In this document: positions 51,039 to 63,456 of the stretch, one piece after another
Position numbering within the stretch: position 1 is the stretch's first letter
Layout of the letters: every line of letters begins with the position of its first letter
NCBI GenBank assembly: GCA_964658305.1
Contig: OZ210885.1
Location: forward strand, 10,726,001-10,790,000
DNA from: Leptogorgia sarmentosa
Taxonomy: Eukaryota
Direction of reading: 5' to 3'
Length of the DNA: 64,000 nt
The notes under the pieces: generated by a model
What the model was told of the DNA's origin: nothing
Seen by the model: only the letters and a program-made list of their open reading frames with translations
Databases searched by the model: none
Program-made: the position numbers and the translations under genes

Positions 51039-52487
51039 AAGGTCTGTCAGCATAAAGGTAGGAATATTCGCCCCGCCAATTATCGATACTGGCTACACCA
51101 CTGAACTGTTTGAAAGTCAAATTAGTGTGTTTGATCTTTCTCTCTATAAGAACTCCCTAGTTCTAAAAACACAATGGAATGCCGGTCAACTAGTGATAAT
51201 TAAACTAAGCGAGTGTACGAGCTGGGGGTTTCAATATGGCATGACGGTAGATGAGAGGGAAACTCGAGTCGATCAACTGTCACCTTGGAGAAATCGAGCG
51301 CGAGTAACTCGGATCATTTTAGTAGAATCAAACTCAAAAATGAAACCTAATTAAGATATCGCACTTCATCATACATGCAAAATCACAACCGTAGCGAGGT
51401 TTTATATTGAGAGCATGACAGATAATTAAAGATCAACCTTCAAGTTAATTTACATAAACTTCAGCTTGAATTTTGTGACCTCTCGACGTTTACAGTTTAG
51501 ATTTCGTTCATTTTGAAGTTTCTTCGCCAACAAGCAAACGCGATATAGGTCGTTTTGAAGCCGTTTTTAAAATATAAATGGCTTAATTCTGGTTTGTTAA
51601 TTGTTGTATGAAACTTTATTAATACATGCATTCTTTTGCAGGAATATTCTCGAAGCTCAAAATCGCAACTGGCATCAGTGAGGTGTAGCCTTTATAATTA
51701 CAACAAGATTCCGGTGGTGAGTAGAATTAAATCAAATAATGTGTATAGCAAATATACAGGGCGTTCAAGAAAAGGTAATGAAGTTTAGCGAGCAATATAA
51801 AGCTTCATAATATAAGTAGGGTAAAACCTTTTAACTTGATTGGCTGATGAGCGTGCATAACAGCGTAATTCGAGCATCTGGCTATTGAATTTTCCCGCCA
51901 CTTATTTGTTTGACAAAAAGACTGTTAGATCTCCTATTTATTTCCTAGCTCAGAACTTTAGGACCAGCACACCAGCAACAGCAATTTATCACACACGGAA
52001 AAACAACACTTTATTGCACACCTCGAGTCCTATATATACAGTAATCTTTACATATTAATTAAGGTATTTACATAATTAGGCACGCCATATTACAAGACAA
52101 TAAAAATACATATACATGCTAATAATACATACATAAGAACGCTTCACTTGTTTGCTTTCGCTCAGCTAAAAAAATGAAGCTTGTTGTTGCTTGGCAACAT
52201 TTGAGAACACGGGTTATCACATGTAAGGAGAATTGTAATTTTGATCTTCCTGATGAAGTTGTTTATTGCGTTAAAGAATTACTGCAACGAATTTTTCGAA
52301 CCCCTTTTTATTGGCTTATTTTAAAGTACTTACTCTCCGAATATTTTTACCGCAAACAGAATTAAAATTGCTCTTTTCAAACGGATTTTATGGCCTTTCA
52401 AAGTTGCGATTTTTGGCTACTTCCGTGCGAACTTTTCGACCACCATATTAATGCCGTGTGACGTCACAAGTGTAACACATTGTCAAC

Positions 52488-52775
52488 ATGGCGTATATTT
52501 CTAATAGACGTAAAGCTACCCGCGGAGGAAAACGCTGCGTTGCTGACGGTCCTAACATAGTTAGCTGCGTCAATGATTGGAAAACTGAAGGAATGTCTAT
52601 GCATCTATTCCCTAATGAAGAAACAGATGCTCAGAGACGGAATAAGTGCGTGAAATTTGTCTGTAAACATAACCCGGGTTTTGACGCTACGGCGACCTCG
52701 TGCCTTCACTTCGAAGATTCGTGCTATGATATGAATCTAGAGTTAGCAAAATCGCTAAATATTAACTTGCTATGA
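52488..52775 (+). pseudogene. Degenerate THAP zinc-finger ORF
   Basis: CVA...SCVN...SMHLFP...RRNKC(W expected)VKFV...CLHFEDSCY. Confidence 0.75.
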
Positions 52776-53215
52776 ATTAGGACTATTTTCCTTATCATAT
52801 CAAATCAAATCAAATCAATTTATTCTGCCACAGCTTAAGTATTTACAAATTTAATAATTAGAAGGCAAGGAAGCCCAAATGAAAGGGCCTATAAAATTGT
52901 GCTCTTTTAAATACACACTTGTTCTGATAGATATTGAGACGGCAATGTGGAATCAATAATTATACTGATATCAATATATTGATACCAAAATTAACAATAT
53001 ATCATTACAGATGAATATTAAATAAAAGCAATAAAATATACATTCAAATTTAGCCTACGTCGGCTATTTTAATTAGGCTAAAGTCTAAACAGTCTTGAAC
53101 CTTCACTTATCACTGTTCCAGAGTTATTCTACCGTCGCTTCTTTGTTCAATAGTTGCTGGCAACAATCCATCTGGATCTTCTGGAACACAATTCGTTTCC
53201 CCAGGTTCTGCTATA

Positions 53216-53801
53216 CAGGGTGTCTCAAAAAAAAGGTAATCCAACTTTGGCATGCCATTGTGCGTTAATTACTGGGTGTACGAACGTGACTTTTGCATGG
53301 TCATAAAGATCAAGGTCTTAGCAGTTGAATGACATATTTCTTGCACGATATGGAAGAAAATCAGGCAAATGCGAGCCTATTGAAAAATCTCGGTGAAAAA
53401 CGCATTCTTTCACCTCTGAGAATTGCAGCTAAACTTATTCAAAATTAACTCCCTCTGGGACTCGAAGATGACGACCTTCCCTTCAACAATCGACCTGAGT
53501 ATGCATAATTATTAATAATCCTGATAAAATCTTTGTTACCATGACACATTCGTGATGAATGGCATTTTTCTTTTGTTATGCACTGCTTTAATTAGGCACA
53601 GAGGTGAAAGAATGCGTTTTTCACCGAGATTTTCCAACACGCTCGCATTTGCCTGATTTTCTTCCATATCGTACAAGAAATATGTCATTCAACTGCTAAT
53701 ACCTTGATCTTTATGACCATGCAAAAATCACGTTCGTACACCCAGTAATTAACGCACAATGGCATGCCAAAGTTCGATTACCTTTTTTTTGAGACACCCT
53801 G
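53216..53801. mobile_element. Tc1/mariner-type MITE nested in the Kolobok-like element
   Basis: ~215-bp TIRs beginning CAGGGTGTCTCAAAAAAAAGGTAATC; TA flanks. Confidence 0.9.
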
Positions 53802-54299
53802 TATATATAGGTTCGACGTCGTACGCAAAGAAGTGCGATATGACATGAACTAACGAGTCGGATCACCGGGTCATGCAGTTTCACTTGAACTTTCACACGA
53901 TTGCGGGTCTTTCACACGATCCCCGCCAGACTCGTTACTCGACTTGAGCAAAATATATTGTCTTAAAATGCCTATGTTCAAGTTTTGTTTCAAAAGATAT
54001 TTTTTCCGGCCAAAAAAGCGCGAGAAACACAGAGTATAGCTCTAACGCAATACAATTTACTAGTAGCTTCGCTAAACGTGTTACACTTGTGACGTCACAA
54101 GGTGACAAAATGGCGGCTGTTTTGTTCGCATCCGGTATCGAAGTTTAGAGGCGAAATTTAGTTACTTCCACTCAACGTACAAAAGTCATCTATACACCAA
54201 ATTTCATCTTTCGACCTGATTATTTATTTAAGGCAAAAAAAACGAGGTAGAAAAAATTCGTTGCAGTAACACTTTAATAATCTCTTATATTATCAAAGA

Positions 54300-54540
54300 A
54301 ATACATAAAGTCGTCGGATTCCATTATGCTGTTATAATGCTCGAGGGGAATGTTGTAAGGATACTCGAGAATCGCATAAAACACTCGGCAATATGCCTCG
54401 TGTGGCAACAGAGGCGGATTCACTGAGAACTTGTCGGCTATGCCTCGTGTTTTTGGCGATTCTCTCGTATTCTCCCAACATTCCCCTCGTGCATTATAAC
54501 AGCATAATGGCACCGGACTCGTTATCTATTTCTTAAATAG
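54300..54540. repeat. Palindromic interspersed repeat
   Basis: ccattatgctgttataatgctcgaggggaatgttg / caacattcccctcgtgcattataacagcataatgg. Confidence 0.7.
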
Positions 54541-55813
54541 TGTATTTCACCAGTCATAGAGGTGAATGAATGACATGTCTTTTTTCTCCATTTTTGGAAC
54601 GTTAAAAATATTTCCGAAAACACATATTTTCACCATTACGAATTGAAACTGAACTAATTGAAAATTTACTCTCGTGAGATTTAAAAATTACCAGCTGCAC
54701 TCCAATAAGCGCCTAGAATATGAATAATTTTTAATAACCCTGGTAAACTATATAAATCATCGAGCTGAGCTATATGTGAGCGCATTTGATTGCCCTTATC
54801 ATTTGCTATGCACTGCTGTTTATTAAGCGCGGAGTGATTACCGTGACACCAATCTTTAAATTGTATTACCTTTATCAAGTTGCATTACCTTTTTTTATAG
54901 ACCGTGTATAATAAAAATTGGCTTATTAAAATACTGCCGATATCCTTGTAATGCCACGATTGTTCGCTTTAGGGAATTTTAACCGGCTTCACACACTATA
55001 AAATTTTTTGTATAAATGATAAAATTGCCAATTAATTTTGTTTACAATTCGTGAGAAATTAAAGTGGCTCCACTCACCACAGATTGAACCATTCAAATTC
55101 GAACAATAGGTAACTTCACCCAAACGCTAACCCTAGATATAGAGGGTGCCCAAAAAACCAAAGGAGCATTGCATGAAATTCACCATTTTTCTAATTTGAA
55201 TTTCCTAAAACTAAGCTTAATGGATGGTGTTCTTCTTCATTATTAATGCGCACTTTTTTGCTCATTAGAATTTAAAACTATACAGTATCATTTTACTATT
55301 AATTTTGATAGTCATCTCAATTTTTCACGCTCTCCCATAGATTCGATAGTGCTTTTACATTGACAAATTAGATTCACAATGTATGAAAACGCTCCTAAAC
55401 CCCCCTAGAGTATTCGCACGAGGGATGTAGAAACGTTTTCGATATAACGCCAGCAAACCAGGATGAGAGTTTGGGTTTTTTTGTGCCTTTTAGCACCATG
55501 GAAGCTGTGTAACACCATGTAACATTGTGAAGGATCACTTTGTCGTCTTCTCTTACCACGGCACTGTTTAACACCTAATCCTGTTACAGAACTCCGCACA
55601 GTTTAAATCGTGCAAAGCATAGAATTAAAATATTCACCCAAAGGCCTCACATGCATTGAATTTGTGACAGTAATGTAATAGGGGGAAACACACAGTACTA
55701 TATACGAAATATACGAAATATTAGCAGCCTTGACGGTGACCCACCTGATTGTGAGGAAGAACTGGATTACAAAACTCATGATCAATTCTTATTTAATTTT
55801 AAGGTGTCCTCCA

Positions 55814-55940
55814 ATGGCGAAGGCAGTAAGCACCGTTGCCACATCACCTGAAGAAAAAAGATGGTCTACAAATGGTATTTGTCTTAACAAAATTCTTACA
55901 CCTAATTAACTTGAGAAATGTTCTTGTTACAGGATTCCAG
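55814..55940 (+). pseudogene. Remnant of a DZIP3-like HEPN exon upstream of the kinase-KEN gene
   Basis: MAKAVSTVATSPEEKRWSTNGICLNKILTP, then frameshift, LRNVLVT; aligns by eye with SEEEQHWVLVGIAFTKVLAPALRKVVAT near 7230. Confidence 0.65.
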
Positions 55941-56137
55941 TAGTCCTATACACACCTTTAGGAGGTTCTTAGCTTGATTTGGTATTTTATATTATTTCTG
56001 TATAAAAGAGAGATTTTTAAAATGCCAAACGCCACAAAGATGAACAAGCTTTAGTAAAAATAGCTATTATATTCGAGATTTGTAGGTGCATAGTCACATT
56101 CTGACCATCTGTAATCTGAATAAATATCTTTTTTAAG

Positions 56138-57644
56138 AGAGCAATGAATCATGGAAATGGGAAAAGGTTTCTAAAACACATGAAAAAAAGTTCGAAAAGT
56201 TGATCAAACATGGACAGGAGCATCCTGGCGAAATCATGGAAATAAACGGTGTACGTGTTTGTTTGGATGAAAAGTTTCTTATTGGCACTGGTGGTCAAAG
56301 TAATGGAGTTTATGTGGGATTAGGAAAAGATGGTAGTGAAAAGGCTGTGAAACTTTTTCTCAAAGCTACTCACGGGCATTTAGCTCAAAAAGAAAAGGAG
56401 TTGTTGATAAAATGCGAAACTAAAGAGCTAGCTCATGTTGTTAGGTATTGGTACTTAGACAACACCAGTCACAACACATTCGCATTTTTAATCATGGAAT
56501 TGTGCGAGGAAACATTAGAAACTTTTGTCACTCGCAATGGTCAGGACGGTTTGATAAAAGCTGCACCAGGTATACTTAAGCAAATTTTAAAAGGATTAGC
56601 AGATCTCCATCGCGAACCATGTTGTATTTTGCATCGTGATGTGAAACCGTTGAATATTCTGCGAAATGCCAATGGTAAGTGGTTGCTGGCAGATTTTGGA
56701 ATCGGGCGGATCTTGTCAGATGATGAAACTACGTTCATGAGCATGGAGAGGGGAACAAAAAAATGGAGAGCCGTTGAATCGTGTTCTGAAAGCAGCACTT
56801 CCGGTGATGGCAGAGTTAGGTACAAGACGAAATCTGATATCCAGGTGTGATTTTTCTTATATAAATTCACGTTAATTTACCTTCGATCACTCGTCTTATT
56901 TAGCAATTTAGGGTCTGAAATAAGTGTGGCCTGGTCATACACGTTACCTGTGAAACATAATTTTATCGTATTTTCACTTTGTTTACATGTACAGTACTAG
57001 TCTTTCTGTTCTTTTGTTTATCTTATAGGTAACTGGAATGGTAGCATTTTACATTTTGACAAAACGTAAACATCCTTTCGGAGAAAATGAACAACGAATA
57101 CATGACAACTTACTCGCCGGCAATCCTGTTAAACTGAATATGTTGGACAGTCATCCTTTGGCGAAGGATTTGATATCCTGGATGTTGAGCCACGATCCCA
57201 ACGATAGACCATCGGCTGAAGAAGCATTACAACACCCTTATCTTAAGTCAAACGAACAACAGTTCAATTTGTTGTGTGGAATAGGAAATGAGTCCCACGT
57301 CAAGAAAAAGGATGTGAATTCTGATGTCGTGAAAGAGTTGAATAAAGACACAACAGATTGGAGAACTCGGATGGATAGCGATGTTTTGAATTATTTAAGT
57401 TATGATCAGTTGAAGAAGATATCATTCAAATACACCTCGTCTTGGACGGACTGTTTACGGCTAATTCGTAATATCAAAGAGCATTGGAAAGACTGTCCTA
57501 GGACGGAACCCGGGGCAATGAAAGTGGGTGATCCTCAAGAATATTTCCTTCATTTCTTTCCTGATCTTGTTCTCAGAGTTTACAAAATTATCAGATCATG
57601 TGATGATTTGAAAGAACTGCCAGGTCTGAAGGAATATTTCAGAG
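56138..57644 (+). CDS. Kinase-KEN module (two exons)
   Basis: Intron 56845-57028 (GT-AG) joins SDIQ|VTGMVAFYILT; HPFG, RPSAEEALQHP and RNIKEH are typical of the IRE1/RNase L family. Confidence 0.9.
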
Positions 57645-60600
57645 GTACGTATAGTTTTCGAAATAAAGCCTTTTTTAGCAGCCTGATTTAGGCTGCTCGA
57701 TTTATGTATCTACGTACGCTCTCTATGAACGTACACAAGCTTGTTCAGTATTTCCAGTTGAGCCCCAAAGTTCAATCTCAAAGTGATTTAACGATTTTAC
57801 TGAACATGCATACTTAAGCTTCGACATTAAGCGCGACATAGTGACGCGTAATTTAATGAAATTTTTGCATTTTCAACAAAAAAGCAGCAAACATGTTACA
57901 ACAAAAAACGTTATTTTCCGGCTACAGACATTTTAAGAAAATTGTTTCCTCTACTAGGTGTTCCACTAGAATCACAAGAAAGGGCACCGGCAAATGATAA
58001 TAAAACTGACCCAATCGGCAACGAAGACTCGATTAGTGATGTCCCGGAGAGTAGTTTTCGAGTTACCAAAGTCACTGGGGAAACGGCAGATGTGAGGTAT
58101 GCAATTAAGATTAATGAAAACACATGCTCATACATGTTTAATACCGATATAACATGTCCAGTGGATATTAAAATGTCCAATATGAACAAATGAATTGAAC
58201 AAATAAACAAATGGCATGCTTAATTTACGCTGTACGTAATTTGCATACGGAAATACCTACCTGTAAAATATTCCACTTAGACCTAACACTTGTTTCAAAT
58301 CATCACATGATATATGGCAATTTGGTACACGGACGTACGAACTCCTCTTTGCATACTAATCACTTTCGACGCCAGATGTACGTGGTAAATTGGTAATACC
58401 ACAGAGTAATGCTACTAGTGCTCGCTTCGGCCATGCCAATTGTGAGAAAAACCCATCTCGCCTCTGTTCATCTCATCTGGTTTTAATTTGGTCTTTTCAC
58501 TATGGTATTTTAGCGGCTCAGGCGGTTCAAATACCCAACAAGCAACATTTTCTAAACTTGTTTACATATTTATCAAAATAAGAAAACTTTTCAAAACATG
58601 ATTGTTTTCATCAGGTAAAACACTGCAGTATTTATGAATTTGTTGATAAAATTACGGAAGAAACAGAACTCAAAGTAGTTCTATGAAACATTTTTGTCAA
58701 CAATATAGGTTCAGATTTCGAACATCATAATTGTCAAAAACACACGAAAGGAAGTAAGGACTAAGGGCTGTTTAACAACATACGTACCGCTTGAATTTAA
58801 AAAACAAACGATTTTCATGACAAATGTGTGCTTTTTCCTCAGATAGTCCAAACAAAGAAGCAAACCGTTTTCAAAATACGGCTGAGTAGTCTCGAATTTT
58901 CCATGCGCATCTGATCTATATAGATCGCGTTAAACTGCAGGGAGCTACCGTAATTGGTTAGTAAGGCGAGGGGTTACTGCATATATCTATTTCTAGTATT
59001 ATACATAACCGTAACGTCGTTGCGTACTAATTTTCTGCTAACCACTACATCATTGCATACTAATTATTGCGATATTAAAATCATGACGTCGTTGCATACC
59101 AATTAGCTACGCCCAAAAACATGACGTCATTTGTATGTTTACCATTAGTCGGTGTTTGTAATCAATCCCTAAGTGATATTATGATAAAACTGAAATATTG
59201 AACGAGTTTCTCAGATAGACCCAATGACTTTCACGATTTATTATTTTACACAGATCTCTTGACAACAAGGATCTTTCTGCGGGCGTGGAACATATTGTTA
59301 TAACTGCTGAGAAGAGTGACTTGAATAAATATACGCAGGTAATTATACATGATTTTCTGAAACTTTAATTCTCTAGATAAACATAAAATAGTGAAACACA
59401 CCCAAACGCACCTCACCCCCAGTCCTTCCCAAGACAAACTATGAATTGATCCCTCACCTTTAACAGGTACAATATAATTGCATGGTCGTTACTTACTCAC
59501 AGCGCATTGTCGACCATTTACACATGTAACGAAAGCTGCTTTATGGTCTAGACTTCATATATTTGAAAACTATGACCAAAAATGGCTGCCGTCATCTGTT
59601 GCGTATTTGCACGTGCGTTTACCACGGAAAAGTTCATGATTTTATTCCTTTCAACTTTTCCTTATGAAATAACTATTTGCATAGAAATAAAGCATACAAC
59701 TTCATTTGTGGTTTAATGTGTATTCTTTAACTAAAGTAATTGGTACTTTAATGAAATTTTGAAAAATTTAAGCCTTTCCGAGCGTCACGCAAGTGCAAAA
59801 ATACCGTAACTGGAAAGCAGCCTTAAGGAACTGAATGTATTTACCGATACTTTGAAGCGCTCTATAAATTTTTAGCAATTTATTTTAGATGCGGTGTTCA
59901 TTCCTTTTTTTCCCTGCTGGCTTTTGCGTACAATATACTACGCCTAATCCCACCCTAAACCCTAAAATCCTAAGCCTAACCGTAGAGGTCGAAGAAATAT
60001 GTAGGAAAAAAGACGTTTTAACTCGTTTTAAGTATAATCATATAGAGGGCAAATTTGAGACACATCGCGTGCCTCGCCGTTTGAGCTAATTTCGAACTCG
60101 CTCAAAACCACGATCAACGAAAGTATTTAAAATGAAAATGTATTCCGTCAAATTTAATGTGCTTTCCATTTTTCAAATTAGCTTAATTAAAGTTTTCGCA
60201 CATTTGTGATCGTGCTTTGAATAAGCGCCGCAATTGTCGATACTCGAAAACTTGAGTAAATATTATATTTCCCCGATATAATTATGCAATCTTTTTGTAG
60301 CGTAAAAGAATAGAAGAAATGAAAACAACTAATTCAGTATCGAAAAAGAAAGCTCTTGAAACGGCAATAAACAAATACCGAGAGAATCATGCTGACACTG
60401 CTAGAAAGTATAATGAAATGGGAGTCGCACAATTTAACATGAAAGATTATAAATCCGCATTACAGTCATTTCAACATGCTCTTGAAATCAGATTAAAACT
60501 GTTTGGAGAAAATCACGCTGACACTGCTCGAAGTTATCACAACATTGGAGCTTCACAACATGAGATGAAAGATTATAAATCCGCATTACAGTCACATCAA

Positions 60601-61356
60601 CATGCTCTTGAAATTAGATTAAAACTGTTTGGAGAAAATCGTGCTGACACTGCTCGAAGTTATCACGAAATTGGGGCTGCACAACATAAGATGAAAGATT
60701 ATAAATCCGCATTACAGTCATTGCAACATGCTCTTGAAATCAGATTAAAACTGTTTGGAGAAAATCATGCTGCCACCACTCGAAGTTATTACAGCATTGG
60801 AGTAACACAACATAAGATGAAAGATTACAAATCCGCATTACTGTCATTTCAACATGGTCTTGAAATCAAATTAAAACTGTTTGGAGAAAATCATGCTGAC
60901 ACTGCTCAAAGTTATTACAGCATTGGACGCACACAACGTGAGATGAAAGATTATAAATTCGCATTACAGTCACATCAACATGCTCTTGAAATCAGATTAA
61001 ACCTGTTTCAAGAAAATCATGCGGACACTGCTGAAAGTTATCACGAAATTGGAGTTACACAACATGAGATGAAAGATTATAAAACCGCATTACAGTCACA
61101 TCAACATGCTCTTGAAATCAGATTAAACCTGTTTCAAGAAAATCATGCGGACACTGCTGAAAGTTATCACGAAATTGGAGTTACACAACATGAGATGAAA
61201 GATTATAAATCCGCATTACAGTCACATCAACATGCTCTTGAAATCAGATTAAAACTATTTGGAGAAAATCATGCTGACACTGTAAGTACCTATAAGCTCA
61301 TTGAACGCTTGCGAGGTGATATGAAAGATGGATTTATAATACAATATAGCTTTTGA
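56138..61356 (+). CDS. RNase L/IRE1-like kinase + KEN ribonuclease, probably spliced to a C-terminal TPR array
   Basis: Exons 56138-56844, 57029-57644, 57958-58091, 60301-61356 are phase-compatible using donor GAT|GTGAGG. Kinase motifs IGTGG, AVK, HRDVKPLN, DFG, GTKKWRAVE; KEN motif CLRLIRNIKEHW. Start codon uncertain (in-frame ATG at 56236). Confidence 0.72.
60301..61356 (+). CDS. TPR array (42-aa kinesin-light-chain/nephrocystin-type repeats, 7 full plus 1 partial)
   Basis: 126-bp near-identical units ENHADTAxSYxxIGxxQHxMKDYKSALQSxQHALEIRLKLFG. Confidence 0.92.
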   Translation, partial: RKRIEEMKTTNSVSKKKALETAINKYRENHADTARKYNEMGVAQFNMKDYKSALQSFQHALEIRLKLFGENHADTARSYHNIGASQHEMKDYKSALQSHQHALEIRLKLFGENRADTARSYHEIGAAQHKMKDYKSALQSLQHALEIRLKLFGENHAATTRSYYSIGVTQHKMKDYKSALLSFQHGLEIKLKLFGENHADTAQSYYSIGRTQREMKDYKFALQSHQHALEIRLNLFQENHADTAESYHEIGVTQHEMKDYKTALQSHQHALEIRLNLFQENHADTAESYHEIGVTQHEMKDYKSALQSHQHALEIRLKLFGENHADTVSTYKLIERLRGDMKDGFIIQYSF

Positions 61357-61954
61357 TAATTACGTCCAACACAAAGTCTGGTAACTTTCATATACCTGTC
61401 AGGTTTTGAGAGTTCTTTCTCTATTTGGACTTTTTTATTATTGTCCTTACCACTAAAACACCTAACATTAATCCCAAACTAGATTCTAATTTAAAAACCC
61501 CATTCCCAACATTAACCGTAAACCCAAATACTCACTCTAATCCTAACCCTAAACAAAGTCCTAACCCAGTTGGTAATGCCATCCCTAGTTTTGAGTCATA
61601 GGTATCACTTTTCATACATAACTTTGTCCAGAAAGGATAATCACTGGGATTAGCCAGGGCAGCCAATACGGTTATTGCTAGGGTTGGTTTGAGGGTCAGA
61701 ATTAGAGATTAAGTTTCGGGATTATTGACATGGAAATTGAGCCTCAAATTTATTGTCTGCTGAATAATGAGAGCGCAGTTATAAGAGAGCAAATTTAAAG
61801 CTCCCAGGCCACAAAACGTAATTATCGAAGGGTGTATTGAGAATGGAGTTTGATTGGTGGACACAGGGAAACAAAAACGGTCATATATATTATAAAAGTT
61901 AAACATTGTGAAAGGTCGGTCTCTTTGTTGAATCGAGAACTTTTTTAAACGTTC

Positions 61955-62477
61955 GATAGATAGATAGATAGATAGATTTATTTATTTAGAACTTAAAAAC
62001 TTGCAGCCTAATACTTGTGCATCTGCTGAATAATGTTAAGTTTTACAATATCGACTAGTCATAATAAAAATTAATTCGATTCAGTTACATATTTACACTA
62101 GTTACAATTAATAAAATCATTCTTAAATCTGTTGGTCTTAAAAGAAGGAACTTGGAATATTCTTCTTCCTCGCAGGTTTGTTTCGCCGGAGGCAATAAGT
62201 CATATAATTTATTATTAGGGTCACTGACAATGTTTTTAAAAAGTTTATTTGTTAAAAACTGTCTTCTTGCTGCCAGGGTAACTAGACCCATTCGGACCAT
62301 GGCTTCCTTGTACCGATAATCTGGTAATATAATTTTACAAGCACGTTTCTGAAGTCTTTCAAGTTCATCAGATAAGTATGCTGAGAGGGAGTCGTGAAAA
62401 ACTTCGCAGGCGTATTCGATGACTGGACGGATACAGGTTACGTAGAATAGAAATGTATAGCAAATACTCAATTTCAC
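61955..62477 (-). mobile_element. 3' fragment of a CR1/L2-group non-LTR retrotransposon with a microsatellite tail
   Basis: FYVTCIRPVIEYACEVFH...LERLQKRACKII is typical of LINE ORF2 C-termini; (gata)n/(ttta)n tail at 61955-61990. Confidence 0.8.
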
Positions 62478-62726
62478 CTTCCCAAATACTAAGAAGATGA
62501 CGCAAAAACAACATAAACTCAGAACGTTCCATTGAAAATTCCTAATGGAATATATTAAAATCGTTCGATTTTAACTGCGATTGATTGAAAAAATTCCAAT
62601 AAAATAATGTGTGCCTTTGTCACGTATTTGGATCAGGTCAGTTGTCAAGAGAAAATCAGAACGGGAAGTGGCATGTTGAAGGTAGCAAAGAATGAATGTG
62701 GCAGGAAATTCCATGTTTTCATGCGC

Positions 62727-62849
62727 GTCAGGATGGCGAACGGTCTAAGGCGCCAGACTCAAGTGCAAAAACTTGTGACGAGCAACCTTGACATAATAGG
62801 GCGTTCTGGTCCACACATGTGGTCGTGGGTTCGAATCCCACTCCCGACA
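62727..62849 (+). tRNA. Intron-containing tRNA-Leu (CAA), divergent duplicate
   Basis: Paralogue of 39522-39645 with a D-arm deletion; flanks also duplicated. Confidence 0.7.
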
Positions 62850-62989
62850 ATAAATTTTAAAATATTGAGAGCATTTCTTTTCAAAGCTGATCTATTTACA
62901 CAAATTCAATATCACCAAGAAAATTTTTCTGGTTTTTACTGAAAAATTCCAAAGAAAAAAATATCTCCCGTTAAAAAAGCTCATATGTA

Positions 62990-63062
62990 TGTTTCCGCCC
63001 AAGTTCGAACTGAGGACCTTGCGCGTGTTAAGCGCATGTGATAACCACTACACTACGGAAAC
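62990..63062 (-). tRNA. tRNA-Val (AAC)
   Basis: GTTTCCGTAGTGTAGTGG...TTAACAC...GTTCGAAC. Confidence 0.8.
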
Positions 63063-63371
63063 TGACCTATGCGCAAAATAATTCAGTTTAATTCGATAAT
63101 TATTGTTCGAAATTTGTAGTGCCATTCGTGGTTTTAAGTTACAACTTTCACACAGGAAGTCAATAAGCGAGGAACTTGTAACAGGAAGTGAGGAACTTCT
63201 AACAGACTTATCGACTCTGGGAGTAATCGTTTGTCAAAGATAGAAAACCAGGACATTATCTGAATTTTAATCTTTTTGCAATATGAACTGAATTAGTGAA
63301 GAATAGCAAAGATAAATTGGGTAATAAAATTGAACGGCAAGCTTCTGAAATCAACACGGAGTTGTCAACGT

Positions 63372-63456
63372 GCCTCATTAGCTCAGAGGTTAGAGCACTG
63401 GTCTAGTAAAACAGCTAGTAAACCAGGTGTCCTGAGTTCAAATCTCTGATGAGGCT
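63372..63456 (+). pseudogene. tRNA-Thr (AGT) with a duplicated anticodon loop
   Basis: CTGGT-CTAGTAAAACAG-CTAGTAA-ACCAG. Confidence 0.7.

Larger units (their letters stand above)
52325..54273 (+). mobile_element. Kolobok-like non-autonomous element with a THAP-domain remnant
   Basis: TTAA|AGTACTTACT...CAGTAACACT|TTAA; subterminal inverted GTGACGTCACAAGTGTAACAC; THAP-like ORF inside. Confidence 0.7.

Noticed and set aside
56200..57691. Canonical IRE1 orthologue
   Set aside because: No signal peptide, luminal domain or transmembrane exon visible; gene symbol withheld.
37421..63456. Functional link between the RNase genes and neighbouring tRNA genes
   Set aside because: Only proximity supports it, and eukaryotic gene neighbourhood is weak evidence.
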